Part shown: positions 63,251 through 64,000 of the stretch, piece after piece | Position numbering within the stretch: position 1 is the stretch's first letter | Layout of the letters: the number at the start of each line of letters is the position of its first letter | NCBI RefSeq assembly: GCF_006345805.1 | Contig: NC_042998.1 | Location: forward strand, 31,434,001-31,498,000 | DNA from: Octopus sinensis | Taxonomy: Eukaryota | Direction: 5' to 3' | Length of the DNA: 64,000 bases | Made by a program: the position numbers and the translations under genes | Notes under the pieces: generated by a model | What the model saw: only the letters and a program-made list of their open reading frames with translations | Told to the model about the DNA's origin: nothing | Database searches by the model: none

Positions 63251-63620
63251 GCACTCCGTCGGTTACGGCGATGAGGGCTCCGGTTGATCCGATCAACGGA
63301 ACAGCCTGCTCGTGAAATTAACGTGTAAGTGGCTGAGCACTCCAAAGATACGTGTACCCTTAACGTAGTTCTCGGGGATATTCAGCGTGACACAGAGAGT
63401 GACAAGGCCGGCCCTTTGAAATACAGGTACAACAGAAACAGGAAGTAAGAGAAAGTTGTGGTGAAAGAGTACAGCAGGGATCACCACCATCCCTGCCGGA
63501 GCCTCGTGGAGCTTTAGGTGTTTTCGCTCAATAAACACTCACAACGCCCGGTCTGGGAATCGAAACCACGATCCTATGACCGCGAGTCCGCTGCCCTAAC
63601 CACTGGGCCATTGCGCCTCC
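63251..63620 (-). mobile_element. SINE family C, full length
   Basis: Head GGAGGCGCAATGGCCCAGTGGTTAGGGCAGCGGACTCGCGGTC..GGTTTCGATTCCC; tail GTAACCGACGGAGTGC. Confidence 0.9.
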
Positions 63621-63700
63621 TAAGCCAATAAAAAAAATCAAATAACACAATCTCCCTGTTGCATTTTCTTGTAAACACTTAAAATATTATTTGCTGGTTC

Positions 63701-64000
63701 AAGGCGGTGAGCTGGCAGAAACGTTAGCACACCGGGCGAAATGATTTGCGGTATTTCGTCTGCCGCTACGTTCTGAGTTCAAATTCCACCAAGGCCGACT
63801 TTGCCTTTCATCCTTTCGGGGTCGATAAATTAAGTACCAGTTACGCACTGGGATCGATGTAATCGACTTAATCCGTTTGTCTGTCCTTGTTTGTCCCCTC
63901 TATGTTTAGCCCCTTGTGGGTAGTAAAGAAATAGGTATTTCGTCTGCCGCTGCGTTCTGAGTTCAAATTCCGCCGAGGTCGACTTTGCCTTTCATCCTTT
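63701..64000 (+). mobile_element. SINE family A dimer (cut by window end)
   Basis: Full unit then junction AAAGAAATAG|GTATTTCGTCTGCC at 63934/63935. Confidence 0.92.

Noticed and set aside
63540-63620. tRNA-like heads of SINE families A, B and C as tRNA genes
   Set aside because: They run directly into repeated SINE bodies and lack a proper acceptor stem and terminator.

Overview
AT-rich, repeat-saturated eukaryotic non-coding DNA (intergenic or deep intronic). The SINE families and microsatellite load look like an octopod cephalopod genome; this is recognition from memory, not a database search. No host protein-coding gene, true tRNA/rRNA gene or CRISPR array is supported. The window contains three tRNA-headed SINE families (labelled A, B, C here; about 30 copies), many R4/Dong-like restriction-like-endonuclease LINE fragments sitting in (AAT)n tracts, CR1/L2 and RTE LINE fragments, mariner/Tc1, piggyBac and Helentron-type (HINE) derivatives, MITEs and long microsatellites. 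The strongest unexplained signal is a set of hammerhead ribozyme (HHR) motifs. One is a fully canonical type I hammerhead (52199-52290) inside an ORF-less 584-nt repeat unit present as a 1.37-mer. Others are minimal variants, including one with a compensatory U3-A8 core (5716-5757). Other candidates: a 556-bp ORF-less element found only in (AAT)n, and SINE-A multimers with a fixed junction and a TSD around the whole array. All alignments and folds were done by eye, so boundaries of degenerate elements are approximate.
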